64,000 nt of DNA. Origin: Heptranchias perlo. Lineage: Eukaryota. The position numbers were made by a program, and so were the translations under genes. Below are positions 13,650 to 26,798 of the stretch, piece by piece (the stretch's first letter is position 1; every line of letters starts with the position of its first letter). The notes beneath the pieces were generated by a model. That model did not search any database and was not told where the DNA came from. It saw only the letters and a list, made by a program, of their open reading frames with translations. The stretch spans positions 62,930,001-62,994,000 of the forward strand of contig NC_090337.1 in NCBI RefSeq assembly GCF_035084215.1, read 5' to 3'.

Positions 13650-14514
13650 ACATCGGGTGAGCTAGGATCAGGCTCAGTCAAACAGTCTGCTGACACAGAC
13701 TTCTGAGGCTCACTTAGATGAGGTACTGGAGGGTAACTGATGACTATGGAACTGGAGCCCAGCAAAAGTCCAACACCTTCAAGAAAGGGGAGAAGAAAAT
13801 CGGAAATAATAGAAGAAGGAGGTACTAATGGTGAGATTCCATCTTCAATACAGCTGTGATACCAAACTAAAGTGTACCAGTGAATGTACCAGATCAGTGG
13901 GGTTTGCCCTCTTGCTGCTAGACCGGTGATGTGGTCTGAGACTGCCAGCAAAAGTGAGCCCACTTCCCTCCTGGCCGTGCTTGTGTCAAGGCCTGCTGTG
14001 TTGCTAGAGTAGGAACATAGGAACAGCAGTAGCCATTCAACACATTGTTCCACCATTCAATTAGATCGTGGCTGATCTGTATCTTACCTCCATCTACCCA
14101 CCTTAGTTCCATAACCCTTAATACTCTTGCCTAAAAAAAAATCTATCAATCTCAGTTTTGAAATTTTCAATTGGCCAATTGGATTTCTCAGTATGCCTTT
14201 AAAGGTGTTCCACTTGTCCTCCACTGAAGTGTTGTTGAACAACTCTCCCCTCCTACCCCTAAAATCAGTTTGCTTACACAATTCCCTCATTCCCTTGAGG
14301 TTAGCCCATTTATAATTATATGTACCTGGATTCCAGCCTTCAGTATTTCTGAATCCCAGATTGCTATCCCCCGAGGGTGCCACAAATTCCAATTCCTGTG
14401 TGCTAACTGGGTCACTTGCTATTACCAAGTCAAGATGTGCAATGCTTCTTATGGCTTCCCTGATGCACTGGGCCATGAATAGATTCAGAAGCGTTCACTT
14501 TTCCTTCAGGATGA

Positions 14515-15065
14515 AGATATAGGAACATAGGAACAGGAGTAGACCATTGAGCCCCTCGAGCCTTTACCGCCATTCAATTAGATCACAGCTGATATGTATC
14601 TTAACTCCATTTACCCGCCTTGGTTCCATAACCCTTAATACCCTTGCCTAACAAAAATCTATCTGTCTCAATTTTTAAAGTTTCAATTGACCCCAAGCCT
14701 CAACATCTTTTTAGGGAAGAGAGTTCCAGATTTCCACTACCCTTTCCGTGAAGAAGTGCTTTCTGACATCACCCCTGAAGAGCCTAGCTCTAATTTTAAG
14801 TTTATGCCCCCTTGTTATGGACTCTCCCACCAGAGGAGATAGTTTTTCTCTATCAAATCCTGTAATCTACCTTAAACATCTCAATTAGATCACCCCTTAA
14901 TCTTCCATATTCAAGGGAATACAGATCTTGTCTATGCAACCTGTCCTCATAATTTAACACTTATAGCCCCGGTATCATTCTGGTGAATCTGCACTTCACC
15001 TCCTCCAAGGCCAATATATCCATCCTGAGATGCGGTGTCCAGGACTGAATGCAGTACTCCAGACA
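14515..15065 (-). mobile_element. CR1 LINE 3' fragment
   Basis: Reverse-complement CR1 C-terminus and the ctcctgttcctatgttcctat tail. Confidence 0.8.
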
Positions 15066-16349
15066 GGTAGGAATTCAAGTTGGTAAAGTTAATGCACAAT
15101 TGCTTCATGGCTCAGTGCATTTTGGAGGTTACAAGGAGAAGTGCTTGGTAAGAGCAAGTGACCCGGACAGCACACAGGAAATGGAACTCATGGCATCCTT
15201 TGGAGTTAGCAAATGCAGAATGATTTTGTTTGACGTGCTCTGAGATTCTGAAATGCTTAAGACCAGAAGCCAAGTGCATATAATTTTAAAGGAGCCAATG
15301 AAGGAAATGAGGGAATCGCTTAAGTAAATTGATTTTGGGAGCAGGAGAGGTGGGTCGTTCAGGAGCTCATTGCAAACGTAAAATTTGCAGATGATATCAA
15401 ACTAAGAGGAGTTGAACCCGAGGAGTCAGCTCAGGAGCTACAACATGAGTTAGATCTAAGTGGATAGAACAATGGCAGATGAAATTTAGTAGAGAGAAGT
15501 GTAAAGTACTGCACAAAGGAGGGAAAGTGGGTGAGGTAGGCATTCGATGGATAGTGTTGAAACAGCTAAGGGTGAAGCTAAAGGAGATCCAGGGGTTTTA
15601 GTAGACTCGACGTTCAATATGTCCGACCGCCGCAATCAACAAAGCAAATAGAATACTGCACTATGCAGCCAACACAGTCGGACACAATCAAAGGAAATCA
15701 TATGAAACTGCCGAGACGGCAACATTTGGAGACGCTGAGTTTCTATCAGAAATTGGAGTCCCCTATGTTTCTCTGAATTTCCTATTTGAAATCCCGGGTA
15801 TGTGTGAGAGGAGTTAGTGTACTGCTGACGCTCCATTCACTGTCCCCAGTGATCTGCCTTGCCTCGACAGTCCCCCGATCCCCACTGAGCTCAATCCAAA
15901 TCAGCAGCTTATGATCCCAACCCAAATCTACAGCTGCTTTTCCAATAGCTCCCACTGCATGTTGTTTTGGGAGCTCTGCATGGTCACAGAGGACATCATT
16001 AAATGTGACCTAATGAGGCCCCTCTAGTTCCAAACACCACCATGTACAGTAACGTATTAATTTAGTAGACCTGCTGTTTCATTCTAACTAATCCCTTTGA
16101 ACAATTTACATGTTCCCATTCACTGGCTCGCTGCATCTTCTTCTGATACCCAGTGAGGCTTATTTGCGATAACCAGCAATTAGTTACTAGGGAAAACAAA
16201 ATGAATTTGCATTTTAAGAGAAATGTGGCCGTATTCAATTAAATGTCTGCAGGGAGAAAGGAATAGAAGGATATGTTGATAGGGTGAGATGAAGTAAAGT
16301 GGGAGGAGGCTCATGTGGAGCATAAACACCGGCATACACCGGCATAGAC

Positions 16350-16695
16350 TCTGTGGGGAAAGGCAACCGTTTAGAGCCTTCCCGCCATTGTATACCGAGG
16401 GGCTGCAATCAGGGAAAAACCCCCTCGGGCAGAATGTAAAATTCAAAATTGATGTAATGTACCCGCAATAAATCTGCAATGAATCTGTAATGAATCACCT
16501 GTATTGATTGTGATGCAATGAGGCACCCTAGAGTGTCATGAACTGTAATGATGTCCAATGTGTTTCATTGAACTGTACTTGATGTAACCTGCAAATTGCA
16601 TAATCGATCTTGTGTATGTTTGGAATGTGATATGAGAACTGTATTGTATGAACTGCTGCAAATTTTATGAATAAAGTATATTTTTTGAAAAAAAA
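16350..16695 (+). mobile_element. Tx1-clade LINE 3' end with poly(A)
   Basis: Matches the reverse complement of 51508-51860; AATAAA and an A tail; flanked by the direct repeat ataaacaccggcata. Confidence 0.85.
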
Positions 16696-17134
16696 ATAAA
16701 CACCGGCATAGACCCATTGGGCCGATTGGCCTGTTTCGATGCTGTAAAGTCTATGTCATTGTTTGGGTGTGGACAGCAGCTTTTGAATTTCTGTACATAA
16801 TCCAGAAGATATCAAAAGGAAATTAATTTTTTCTATGTTGGGACTTCATTATTTTAAATTTTTTTTCCCATAAATCCATAACTTATTAAATTCAATCTTT
16901 ATATTGTGACTGCAGATGTGGTTCATGTTTTGCACCATCAAAAATAAAGCATGGAGAAAGTGCACGTAGACCTGTGGGGACAGGAGAACTTGGCTTCACT
17001 GTTTTCTGCAAATGGGCAATCTATTGGCACCCACCGGCAAGAATCATAAAATGCCCGCTTGGGTGACCAATGCCCATGGAAATGCCCAATCCGGTCCCGG
17101 TTTCAGGAGCGCATCACAGGTGAACATAAACAAT

Positions 17135-17400
17135 CCCATGCACTGTTTCGAAGAAGAGCGGGGGAGCTCCCCCCAGTGTCCTGGCCAATATTTACCCCAC
17201 AACCAACATGATTAAAACAGATTATCTGGGCCATTATCTCAGTGCTGTTTGTGGGCCCTTGCTGTGCGCAAATTAGCTGCCGCATTTCCTACATTACAAC
17301 AGTGACTACACTTCAAAAAGCACTTCATTGCCTGTAAAGCACTTTGCGACGTCCTGAGGTTGTGAAAGGCTCGATATAAAAGTCTTTCTTTTTCTTTTCT
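17135..17400 (+). mobile_element. DeuSINE, 5'-truncated
   Basis: Homologous to 1335-1590. Confidence 0.7.
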
Positions 17401-18049
17401 TTACGACCAGCGCCTTCTAGACCCCATTTTTAAAGGGATCTAAGTCGCAATATTTTGAAATTTAACAATGTGGACATCTCTGAAAGTGTGTCAGAAAGTG
17501 TATGTGTCCAGTCCTGGTCATGGAGACACAAGGGAGACAGTCAAGCCCTGGAGGCAATTCAGAAAAGAGGCACAAGATTAATTTCTAATCTAGAAGGCTG
17601 AGTTATGAGGAAAGAAACTTGGACTTTTGAGCCTTGAAAGGAGGCAATTGATAGCCGTACGGAGCAGTGGGGGCTGAGAAACTGGCATCTTACGAGCCAC
17701 GTGTGATTCTCCTGTGACTAAAGTGCAACTTTTTGAATGCTTTATTAAAATGCCCTGCCCACATCACAGCTCCTATGTGAGAGATACAAAGGATATGATC
17801 AACCATAACAAAACAGGCAGCCTTCCTTCTATTAGTCTAACTAGTTACTGCTGAGTGAGCAGTAAGACACCAGTCATTGCTGAAAATTCTCATTTCAGGC
17901 TTCAGCTTTCTGAAAAGTAAAGCTTTTCTCCAGTGCTACACAAATTTTTTCTCCAGTAAACAGCACTTCTTAACCAACCTCCCTACCCAGAAACTAATGT
18001 TTGATTAAATGGATTCATTAAAAAAATATTAATGCTTTAATTGTAAGAT

Positions 18050-18750
18050 TTTTAATGCAAAGTAGTGTGAAGTGATGCATTTTGGAAGGAAGAATGAGGA
18101 GAGGCAAAATAAACTAAATGGTACAGTTTTAAAGGGGGTGCAGGAACAGAGAGACCCGGGGGTTCACATACAAAAATCTTTGAAGGTGGCAGTTCAAGTT
18201 GATAAGACTGTTAAAAAAGCATGTAGGATCCTTGGCTTTATAAAGGTCATAAAGTACAAAAGCAAGGAAGTTATGCTAAACCTTTATAAATCACTGATTC
18301 GGCCACAGCTGGAGTATTGTGTCCAATTTTGGGCACCACATTTTGGAAGGATGTAATGATTGGAGAGGGTGCAGAGGAGATTTACTAGAATGATAGTTAA
18401 GGTTAAGGGGAGATTTAATAGAAGTGGTCAAAATTATAACGGGTTTTGGGAGAGCACATAGGGAAAAATTGTTTCCATTGGCAGGAGGGTCAGTAACCAG
18501 AGGCCACAGATTTAAGATAAGTGTCAAAAGAACCAGAGGGAAGATGAGGAGAAATTTTTTTTATGCAGCGAGTTGTTATGATCTGGAATGCACTGCCTGA
18601 CACGATGGTGGAAGTAAATTCAATACTAACTTTGAAAAGGGAATTGGATAAATACTTGAAAAGGAAAAATTTGCAAGACTATGGGGAAAGAGCAGGGGAG
18701 TGGGACTAATTGGTTAGCTCTTTCAAAGAGCCAGCACATGCGCGATGGGC
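18050..18750 (+). mobile_element. CR1 LINE 3' fragment; tail resumes at about 20628-20660
   Basis: LYKSLIRPQLEYCVQFWAPH motif; the 3' UTR is split by a second LINE. Confidence 0.85.
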
Positions 18751-20628
18751 TTTTTAAAAATTTGTTCACGGGATGTGGGCGTCACTGGCGAGGCCGGCAT
18801 TTATTGCCCATCCCTAATTTCCCTTGAGAAGGTGGTGGTGAGCCGCCTTCTTGAACTGCTGCAGTCCGTGTGGTGAAGGTTCTCCCACAGTGCTGTTAGG
18901 AAGGGAGTTCCAAGATTTTGACCCAGCGACGATGAAGGAACGGCGATATATTTCCAAGTCAGGATAGTTTGTGACTTGGAGGGGAACGTGCAGGTGGTGT
19001 TGTTCCCATGTACCTGCTGCCCTTGTCCTTCTAGGTGGTAGAGGTCGCGGGTTTGGGAGGTGCTGTTGAAGAAGCCTTGGCGAGTTGCTGCAGTGCATCC
19101 TGTAGATGGTACACACTGTAGCCACAGTGCACGGTGGTGAAGGGAGTGAATGTTTAGGGTGGTGGATGGGGTGACAATCAAGCGGGCTGCTTTGTCCAGG
19201 ATGGTGTCGAGCTTCTTGAGTGTTGTTGGAGCTGCACTCATCCATGCAAGTGGAGAGTATTCCATCACACTCCTGACTTGTGCCTTGTAGATGGTGGAAA
19301 GGCTTTGGGGAGTCAGGAGGTGAGTGAATCGCCACAGAATACCCAAACACTGACCTGCTCTTGTAGCCACAGTATTTATATGGCTGGTCCAGTTAAGTTT
19401 CTGGTCAATGGTGACCCCCAGGATGTTGATGGTGGGGGATTCGGCGATGGTAATGCCATTGAATGTCAAGGGGAGGTGGTTAGACTCTCTCTTGTTGGAG
19501 ATGGTCATTGCCTGGCACTTGTCTGGGGCGAATGTTGCTTGCCACATATCAGCCCAAGCCTGGATGTTGTCCAGGTCTTGCTGCATGCGGGCACGGACTG
19601 CTTCATTATCTGAGGGGTTGTGAATGGAACTGAACACTGTGCAATCATCAGCGAAATCCCCATTACTGACCTTATGATGGAGGGAAGGTCATTGATGAAG
19701 CAGCTGAAGATGGTTGGGCCTGGGACACTGCCCTGAGGAACTCCTGCAGCAATGCCCTGGGGCTGAGATGATTGGCCTCCAACAACCACTACCATCTTCC
19801 TTTGTGCTGGGTATGACTCCAGCCACTGGAGAGTTTTCCCCCTGATTCCCATTGACTTCAATTTTACTAGGGCTGCTTGGTGCCACACTCGGTCAAATGC
19901 TGCCTTGATGTCAAGGGCAGTCACTCTCACCTCACCTCTGGAATTCAGCTCTTTTGTCCATGTTTGGACCAAGGCTGCAATGAAGTCTGGAGCCGAGTGG
20001 TCCTGGCAGAACCCAAACTGAGCATCGGTGAGCAGGTTATTGGTGAGTAAGTGCCGCTTGATAGCACTGTCGACGACACCTTCCATCACTTTGCTGATGA
20101 TTGAGAGTAGACTGATGGGGCGGTAATTGGCCGGATTGGATTTGTCCTGCTTTTTGTGGAAAGGACATACCTGGGCAATTTTCCACATTGTCGAGTGGAT
20201 GCCAGTGTTGTAGCTGTAATGGAACAGTTTGGCTAGAGGCACGGCTAGTTCTGGAGCACAAGTCTTCAGCACTACAGCCAGGATGCTGTCGGGCCCATAG
20301 CCTTTGCTGTATCCAGTGCACTCAGCCGTTTCTTGATATCACGTGGAGCGAATCGAATTGGCTGAAGACTGGCTTCTGTGATGGTGGGGATATCGGGAGG
20401 AGGCCGAGATGGATCAGCCACTCGGCACGTCTGGCTGAAGATGGTTGCAAATGCTTCAGCCTTGTCTTTTGCATTCACATGCTGGACTCCGCCATCTTTG
20501 AGAATGGGGATGTTTACAGACCCTCCTCTTCCCGTTAGTTGTTTCATTGTCCACCACCATTCACGACTGGATGTGGCAGGATTGCAGGACTTTGATATGA
20601 TCCGTTGGTTGTGGAATCGCTTAGCTCT
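18751..20628 (-). mobile_element. CR1/L2-group LINE (family B), 5'-truncated and frameshifted
   Basis: RT motifs NYRPISLLS, DIKAAFDRV and GVPQGSV; highly similar to 45075-47403. Confidence 0.92.
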
Positions 20629-21271
20629 GGCTGAATGGCCTTCTGTGCTGTAAAGTTCTAAGATATGGACAGCCAAGGCAAACACACTATGCTGCAGGTT
20701 GAGAGCGCTACCAAACGAGCCAAACTGACACGATGAGCGAGAGGGAGGTTTGGTAACTGGACACATTGCATTAAAAATCAAGGGGCAGAATCTTCGTGGT
20801 GCTTCTCCCGATCTCATGGAATGGAAGATTGGCGGAAATCTGGAGAAACCGCGTAAATGGATATTGAGTCCAGGGTTTCTGCCTGGTATTTCTTAGGGTC
20901 GATCCCACCCTCAAATCTCAAATTTGTAGGATCTTTCTGCCCTGCCTGGCTCAGGACCACATTAAATATATATATATATATATATATAAATATAAGAGTG
21001 GTAGATGAAGTGACAATCTTAGAATGAAATGCGCCTCTCAGTAATTTATTGCAATTTAATTTCCAATAAAGGTCTCGAGAATAGAAAGTGAAATGAAAGA
21101 GGAAAAAAAGGGCAGGCCATGAATCAGATGCAATGGCCTCAGATCCTGAATTTCTGATTGCGCTCCCATCTGATTGAGCTCTACCCGAAGAGCGCTAAAG
21201 CAGAACATTAGCCCCATTATTTCACTTTGCATGACTAAGTAGCATTCAATTCTTGGCAGTGTAAATAATTT

Positions 21272-22588
21272 CTCATTTATATTACAGTGCTGGGATTGTG
21301 ATCAGGGTCCCTCATTTATATTACAGTGCTGGGATTGAGATCAGAGTCCCTCATTTATATTACAGTGCTGGGATTGAGATCAGGGTCCCTCATTTATATT
21401 ACAGTGCTGGGATTGAGATCAGAGTCCCTCATTTATATTACAGTGCTGGGATTGAGATCAGGGTCCCTCATTTATATTACAGTGCTGGGATTGAGATCAG
21501 AGTCCCTCATTTATATTACAGTGCTGGGATTGTGATCAGGGTCCCTCATTTACATTACAGTGCTGGGATTGAGATCAGAGTCCCTCATTTATATTACAGT
21601 GCTGGGATTGAGATCAGAGTCCCTCATTTATATTACAGTGCTGGGATTGAGATCAGAGTCCCTCATTTATATTACAGTGCTGGGATTGAGATCAGAGTCC
21701 CTCATTTATATTACAGTGCTGGGATTGAGATCAGAGTCCCTCATTTATATTACAGTGCTGGGATTGAGATCAGAGTCCCTCATTTATATTACAGTGCTGG
21801 GATTGAGATCAGAGTCCCTCATTTATATTACAGTGCTGGGATTGAGATCAGAGTCCCTCATTTATATTACAGTGCTGGGATTGAGATCAGAGTCCCTCAT
21901 TTATATTACAGTGCTGGGATTGAGATCAGAGTCCCTCATTTATATTACAGTGCTGGGATTGAGATCAGAGTCCCTCATTTATATTACAGTGCTGGGATTG
22001 AGATCAGAGTCCCTCATTTATATTACAGTGCTGGGATTGAGATCAGAGTCCCTCATTTATATTACAGTGGTGGGATTGAGATCAGGGTCCCTCATTTATA
22101 TTACAGTGCTGGGATTGAGATCAGAGTCCCTCATTTATATTACAGTGCTGGGATTGAGATCAGAGTCCCTCATTTATATTACAGTGCTGGGATTGAGATC
22201 AGAGTCCCTCATTTATATTACAGTGCTGGGATTGAGATCAGAGTCCCTCATTTATATTACAGTGCTGGGATTGAGATCAGAGTCCCTCATTTATATTACA
22301 GTGCTGGGATTGAGATCAGGGTCCCTCATTTATATTACAGTGCTGGGATTGAGATCAGAGTCCCTCATTTATATTACAGTGCTGGGATTGAGATCAGGGT
22401 CCCTCATTTATATTACAGTGCTGGGATTGAGATCAGGGTCCCTCATTTATATTACAGTGCTGGGATTGAGATCAGAGTCCCTCATTTATATTACAGTGCT
22501 GGGATTGAGATCAGAGTCCCTCATTTATATTACAGTGCTGGGATTGAGATCAGGGTCCCTCATTTATATTACAGTGCTGGGATTGAGA
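21272..22588. repeat. 39-bp minisatellite, about 34 near-identical units
   Basis: Unit ctcatttatattacagtgctgggattgagatcagagtcc, with rare variants (gggtcc, gtgatc). Confidence 0.97.
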
Positions 22589-22949
22589 GCAGTGCTGGGT
22601 AAAGTAAATTGATTGGGCGAGGCTGTTCAACAACATTTCAGCAGAAGCAAAATGGATCAACTTTAAAGGTATAATGCTGAGCATGTGGGATAAATACATT
22701 CCCAAAACCAACAAACTCAGACCAAACAAATGTGACCCTAAATGGATCAGTAAATAAACTAAAAGTATGAAAAGGAGGGAAAATGATATGTAGAAACTCT
22801 GGAAGGGAAAAGGAGAAGGGGCTCATTGGGAGGAGTACAAGAAGTTGCAGAAACATGTTAAAAAGGTGATCATTGAGGCATAGAAAAATCTGGGGAAAAA
22901 ACAAAACATCTGAAGATGAACATAACGGTTACAAATTCTCTCAGTACCA

Positions 22950-23580
22950 CAACAGCAAGAGGGCAGTCAGAGAAGAGGTGAAAACTTCAAAAAAAATTGA
23001 AACTGAGCGCAAGCACAAAGTGGTAAATATTCTGAATGACAACTTCCTCTAAGTATTCACCAGTGAACATTTGCAACATGCCCTCTCCAGACAAAATATC
23101 CCAAGTAAAATTAATGACTTCATTATAAATGTGATGGAGGTGTTAGACATACTAAATTAGCTCAATACAAATAAATCCCCAGGGATAGATCGTATCGGTC
23201 CCCGAGTGCTGAGAGATACTCAGGAGGAGATTTGTGAACCACTGACAATCATTATCAGGGAGCCATTGAACATTGGGGAGGTACTAAAAAATTAGAAACA
23301 GGCCAATGGCATCTATACTCAAAAAAGGTGACCAAACTGACACAGGCAACTTTGGACTTACTTCCATTCCATGTAAATTAATGGAATTGATTATCAGGAG
23401 TAACTTCAGGACCACCTGTGCAATAAGAATCTAGTAAACAGCAGCGAACATGGATTCAAGAGGGATAGATCCTGTCTGGCCAGTCTCCCTGACTTTGTTG
23501 AGGAAGTGACAACCCAAGTGGACTATGGTGACATGGTGTATCTTGACTTCCAACGGGCTTCTGACAAAGTTTCACATGAA
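22950..23580 (+). mobile_element. Old degenerate CR1 ORF2 fragment
   Basis: Decayed KSPG, HGF and VYLDFQ..DKVSH-coding segments. Confidence 0.65.
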
Positions 23581-24227
23581 AATCAATAATTAAACTCAAA
23601 TCTGTACAGATTTAGAATGGATCTTATCCATGTATTTTTTGTTAGTCTCTGCTTAACTATTTTGTCTAGTTTTTTGTCCTTCGATCTTTGGTGGATCATT
23701 TCTCTTTGCATCTGACTAATTAACGTAAAAATTAATTCAGTGAGAATTAAATTAATCAGTTTTTGTGAAAAGCTGAGGAATAAACAATCCAAGTATTAAA
23801 CAAAACGAGGTGAAGTTGTCTCCTGAAACGTGTGGCATTGGATTTAATGGCAGCTGGATTAATGACCTATAGAATGAGTGCCTCATTCTTCCTCAAAAAA
23901 GGATTGCCCTCTGGGGGTAACAGATTATTTTGTGTTCCATTTCTTTGAGAACTAATCTATAGAATTCCTAACTCAGTGTCACTCCCCGTGCTGCTAAGAA
24001 CATGTCTCGTCCCTTCCCTCACCACTGACAAACACCAGGAACCCACCAGTGAGCCAACCCCCACATTCCGCTTTTGTTGAACCTCTGGTTCTCCCTTCCT
24101 CAGTGACTCCAGACAAAAGGATCCAAATGCTACCAGGCCCTAGTTGCCCCACTGCAGTCCTTCCAACCTCCAGGATCCAGTCTCTAGTTCTGCATAAAAC
24201 CCAGGACCATCTCCTGATGTTACCGTA

Positions 24228-25697
24228 GAAACAAAGAAACATAGAAAATAGGAGCAAGAGTAGGCCATTCGGCCCTTTGGGTCTGGTCCGCAATTCAAAA
24301 TGATCATGGCTGATCGTCTAACTCAGTACCCTGTTCCTGTTTTTTCCCCACATCCCTTGATCCCTTTAGCATTAAGAAATATACCTATCTTCTTCTTGAA
24401 TACATCAAATGACTTGGCCTCCACTGCCTTCTGTGGTAAAGAATTCCACAGGTTCACCACCCTCTGAGTGAAGAAATTTCTCCTCATCTCGGTTCTAAAT
24501 GGCATAACCCGTATCCTGAGACTGTGACCCCTAGTTCTGGACTCTCCAGCCATCGGGAACATCCTCCCTGCATCTAGTCTGTCTAGTCCTGTTAGAATTT
24601 TATATGTTTCAATGAGATCACCTCTCATTCTTCTAAATTCTAGTGAATATAGCCTAGTCGACCCAATCTCTCCTCATACGTCAATCCTGCCATCCCAGGA
24701 ATCAGTCTGGTAAACCTTCGTTGCACTCCCTCCATGGCAAGGACATCCTTCCTTGGATAAGGAGAACAAAACTGCACACAATACTCCAGATGTGGTCTCA
24801 CCAAGGCCCTGTATAACTGCAGTAAGACATCCCTGCTCCTGTATTATTAAACTAGAAAGAGTGCAGAAAATATTTTCTAGGATGCTACCGGGACTTGATG
24901 GTTTGACTTATAGGGAGAGGTTAGATCGACTGGGACTTTTTTCCCTGGAGAGTAGGAGGTTAAGGGGTGATCTTATAGAAGTCTATAAAATAATGAGGGG
25001 CATAGATAAGGTAGATAGTCAAAATCTTTTCCCAAAGGTAGGGGAGTCTATAACGAGGGGACATAGATTCAAGGTGAGAGGGGAGAGATACAAAAGGGTC
25101 CAGAGGGGCAATTTTTTCACTCAAAGGGTGGTGAGTGTCTGGAACGAGCTGCCAGAGGCAGTAGTAGAGGCGGGTACAATTTTGTCTTTTAAAAAGCATT
25201 TGGACAGTTACATGGGTAAGATGGGTATAGAGGGATATGGGCCAAGTGCAGGCAATTGGGACTAGCTTAGTGGTATAAACTGGGCGACATGGACATGTTG
25301 GGCCAAAGGGCCTGTTTCCATGTTGTAAACTTCTATACTCAAATCCTCTTGCAATGGAGGCCAACATACCATTCGCCTTCCTAATTGCTTGCTGCACCTG
25401 AATGCTCGCTTTCAGCGACTGGTGTACAAGGACACCCAGGTCTCGTTGCACCTCTCCTTTTTCCAATCTATCACCATTCAAATAATAATCTGCCTTTCTG
25501 TTTTTACAACCAAAGTGGATAACCTCACATTTATTCACGTTATACTACATCTGCCATGTTCTTGCCCACTCACCCAACTTGTCTAAATCACATTGGAGCC
25601 TCTTTGCATCGTCCTCACAGCTCACATTCCACCCCAGCTTGTGTCATCTGCAAACTTGGAAATGTTACATTTAGTTCCCTCATCCAAATCATTGATT
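24228..25697 (-). mobile_element. CR1 LINE 3' part, interrupted by an opposite-strand CR1
   Basis: KCEVIHFG...ANGMLA and MRGDLIETYKIL...FFTQRVVNLWNSLP; the host sequence ctcctgta|ctcaaatcc is split at about 24844/25335. Confidence 0.88.
24844..25335 (+). mobile_element. CR1 LINE 3' fragment nested in a CR1
   Basis: LERVQKIFSRMLPGL...FFTQRVVSVWNELP with its own 3' UTR. Confidence 0.88.
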
Positions 25698-26798
25698 ACC
25701 AAAGTGAGGAAGCATTTCTACTGCCACTAAACACCACCCAGGACTACTACATAGCAGAGGCTAAAGGTTCTCACCATTTGCTACTGGACATTGGTGTTAA
25801 TTGTATGGTTTGTATCAATTGGGGTTAATTGTATTCAGGTGGTGGGTGTCGATTGGAGACTCTCTTGGATCCTTTTATTGGAGAGCTTAGCTAGGGTGTG
25901 GGGTGTGTGCAAGAGGAAACTCTGAGAATATAGGCTCAGAAGCAACTCAAGACCAGGCTCTAGTGTTCTTTCCTTCACCACATGGCTATCCAGTTTTAAC
26001 AGTTGGGTGGGGGCAGAATTTCCAACTACTCTTTTAGCCAAAAATGACTCTGTCCCATTGCAATGGGGGTCACTACCATGATCGGGCGAGTGCCCAAACC
26101 AGTTGTGGTACAATAGGAGAGTCCGCAAAGTAGAGCTCACAGAATCGCAGAATGATTAAAGTACCTTACCCCATCCCCCACCCCTGTTTCATCGGAATTT
26201 GCCGTGATTGCTGTGAAGAGGCAGAAAGCCGACAGAGCCAAGGTTCTGCTTCAGCCGAGGTCCCTCCACAGCCATTGGACCTGAAGTCTACTCCAAGCAG
26301 AAGCTGAAGTTCTAGACACAGTTATTTGCCTCCAATTGGTGCATCTTGCATACCACCTTGCCACTCACTTATGGTTTTCACAGAATATTGGACAGAGAGG
26401 AAGAATTCGCTCCTGCAAGCGCTGGTGAAAATCCCCAGACCACCATTTAATAATTTAAGAGTTTGATTTACTTAGTCACTGTAAATCAGTGGCCCTATTG
26501 TTGCAAAACAATGGCCGTAGAATTTCCTTGGAGCATCTCCCGCTCGGCTGCCGTAACTTTGCTTGAAGTGTAGCAGAAACTCCGTTTACGACCGTGAGCG
26601 GGGTTACCGACCAGACCTCCGGTGGAGTTATGATGGCGGAGCGAGAGCAGCTCTGAGGAAATTCCCAGCCGGTCTGTCCTCACGAAGAACAACACCATCG
26701 GAGGTTTGCTAGGATACGGGAAAAGTTTGGTTAGAAAATTCCCCTCAAACTTTTTTTAATTACCGATGACAGGAAATTCAGGAGAAGCTGCCACTTAC

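Noticed and set aside
21272-22588. CRISPR-like array
   Set aside because: Head-to-tail units with no unique spacers, in a vertebrate context.
21298-22612. 434-aa and 350-aa repetitive ORFs
   Set aside because: Artefacts of a stop-free 39-bp (13-codon) minisatellite; non-ATG starts and no unique domain.
26168-26280. Possible minus-strand exon (cttcag...gtaagg) below exon 1a
   Set aside because: No claudin-like translation in any frame; splice-like signals alone are insufficient.
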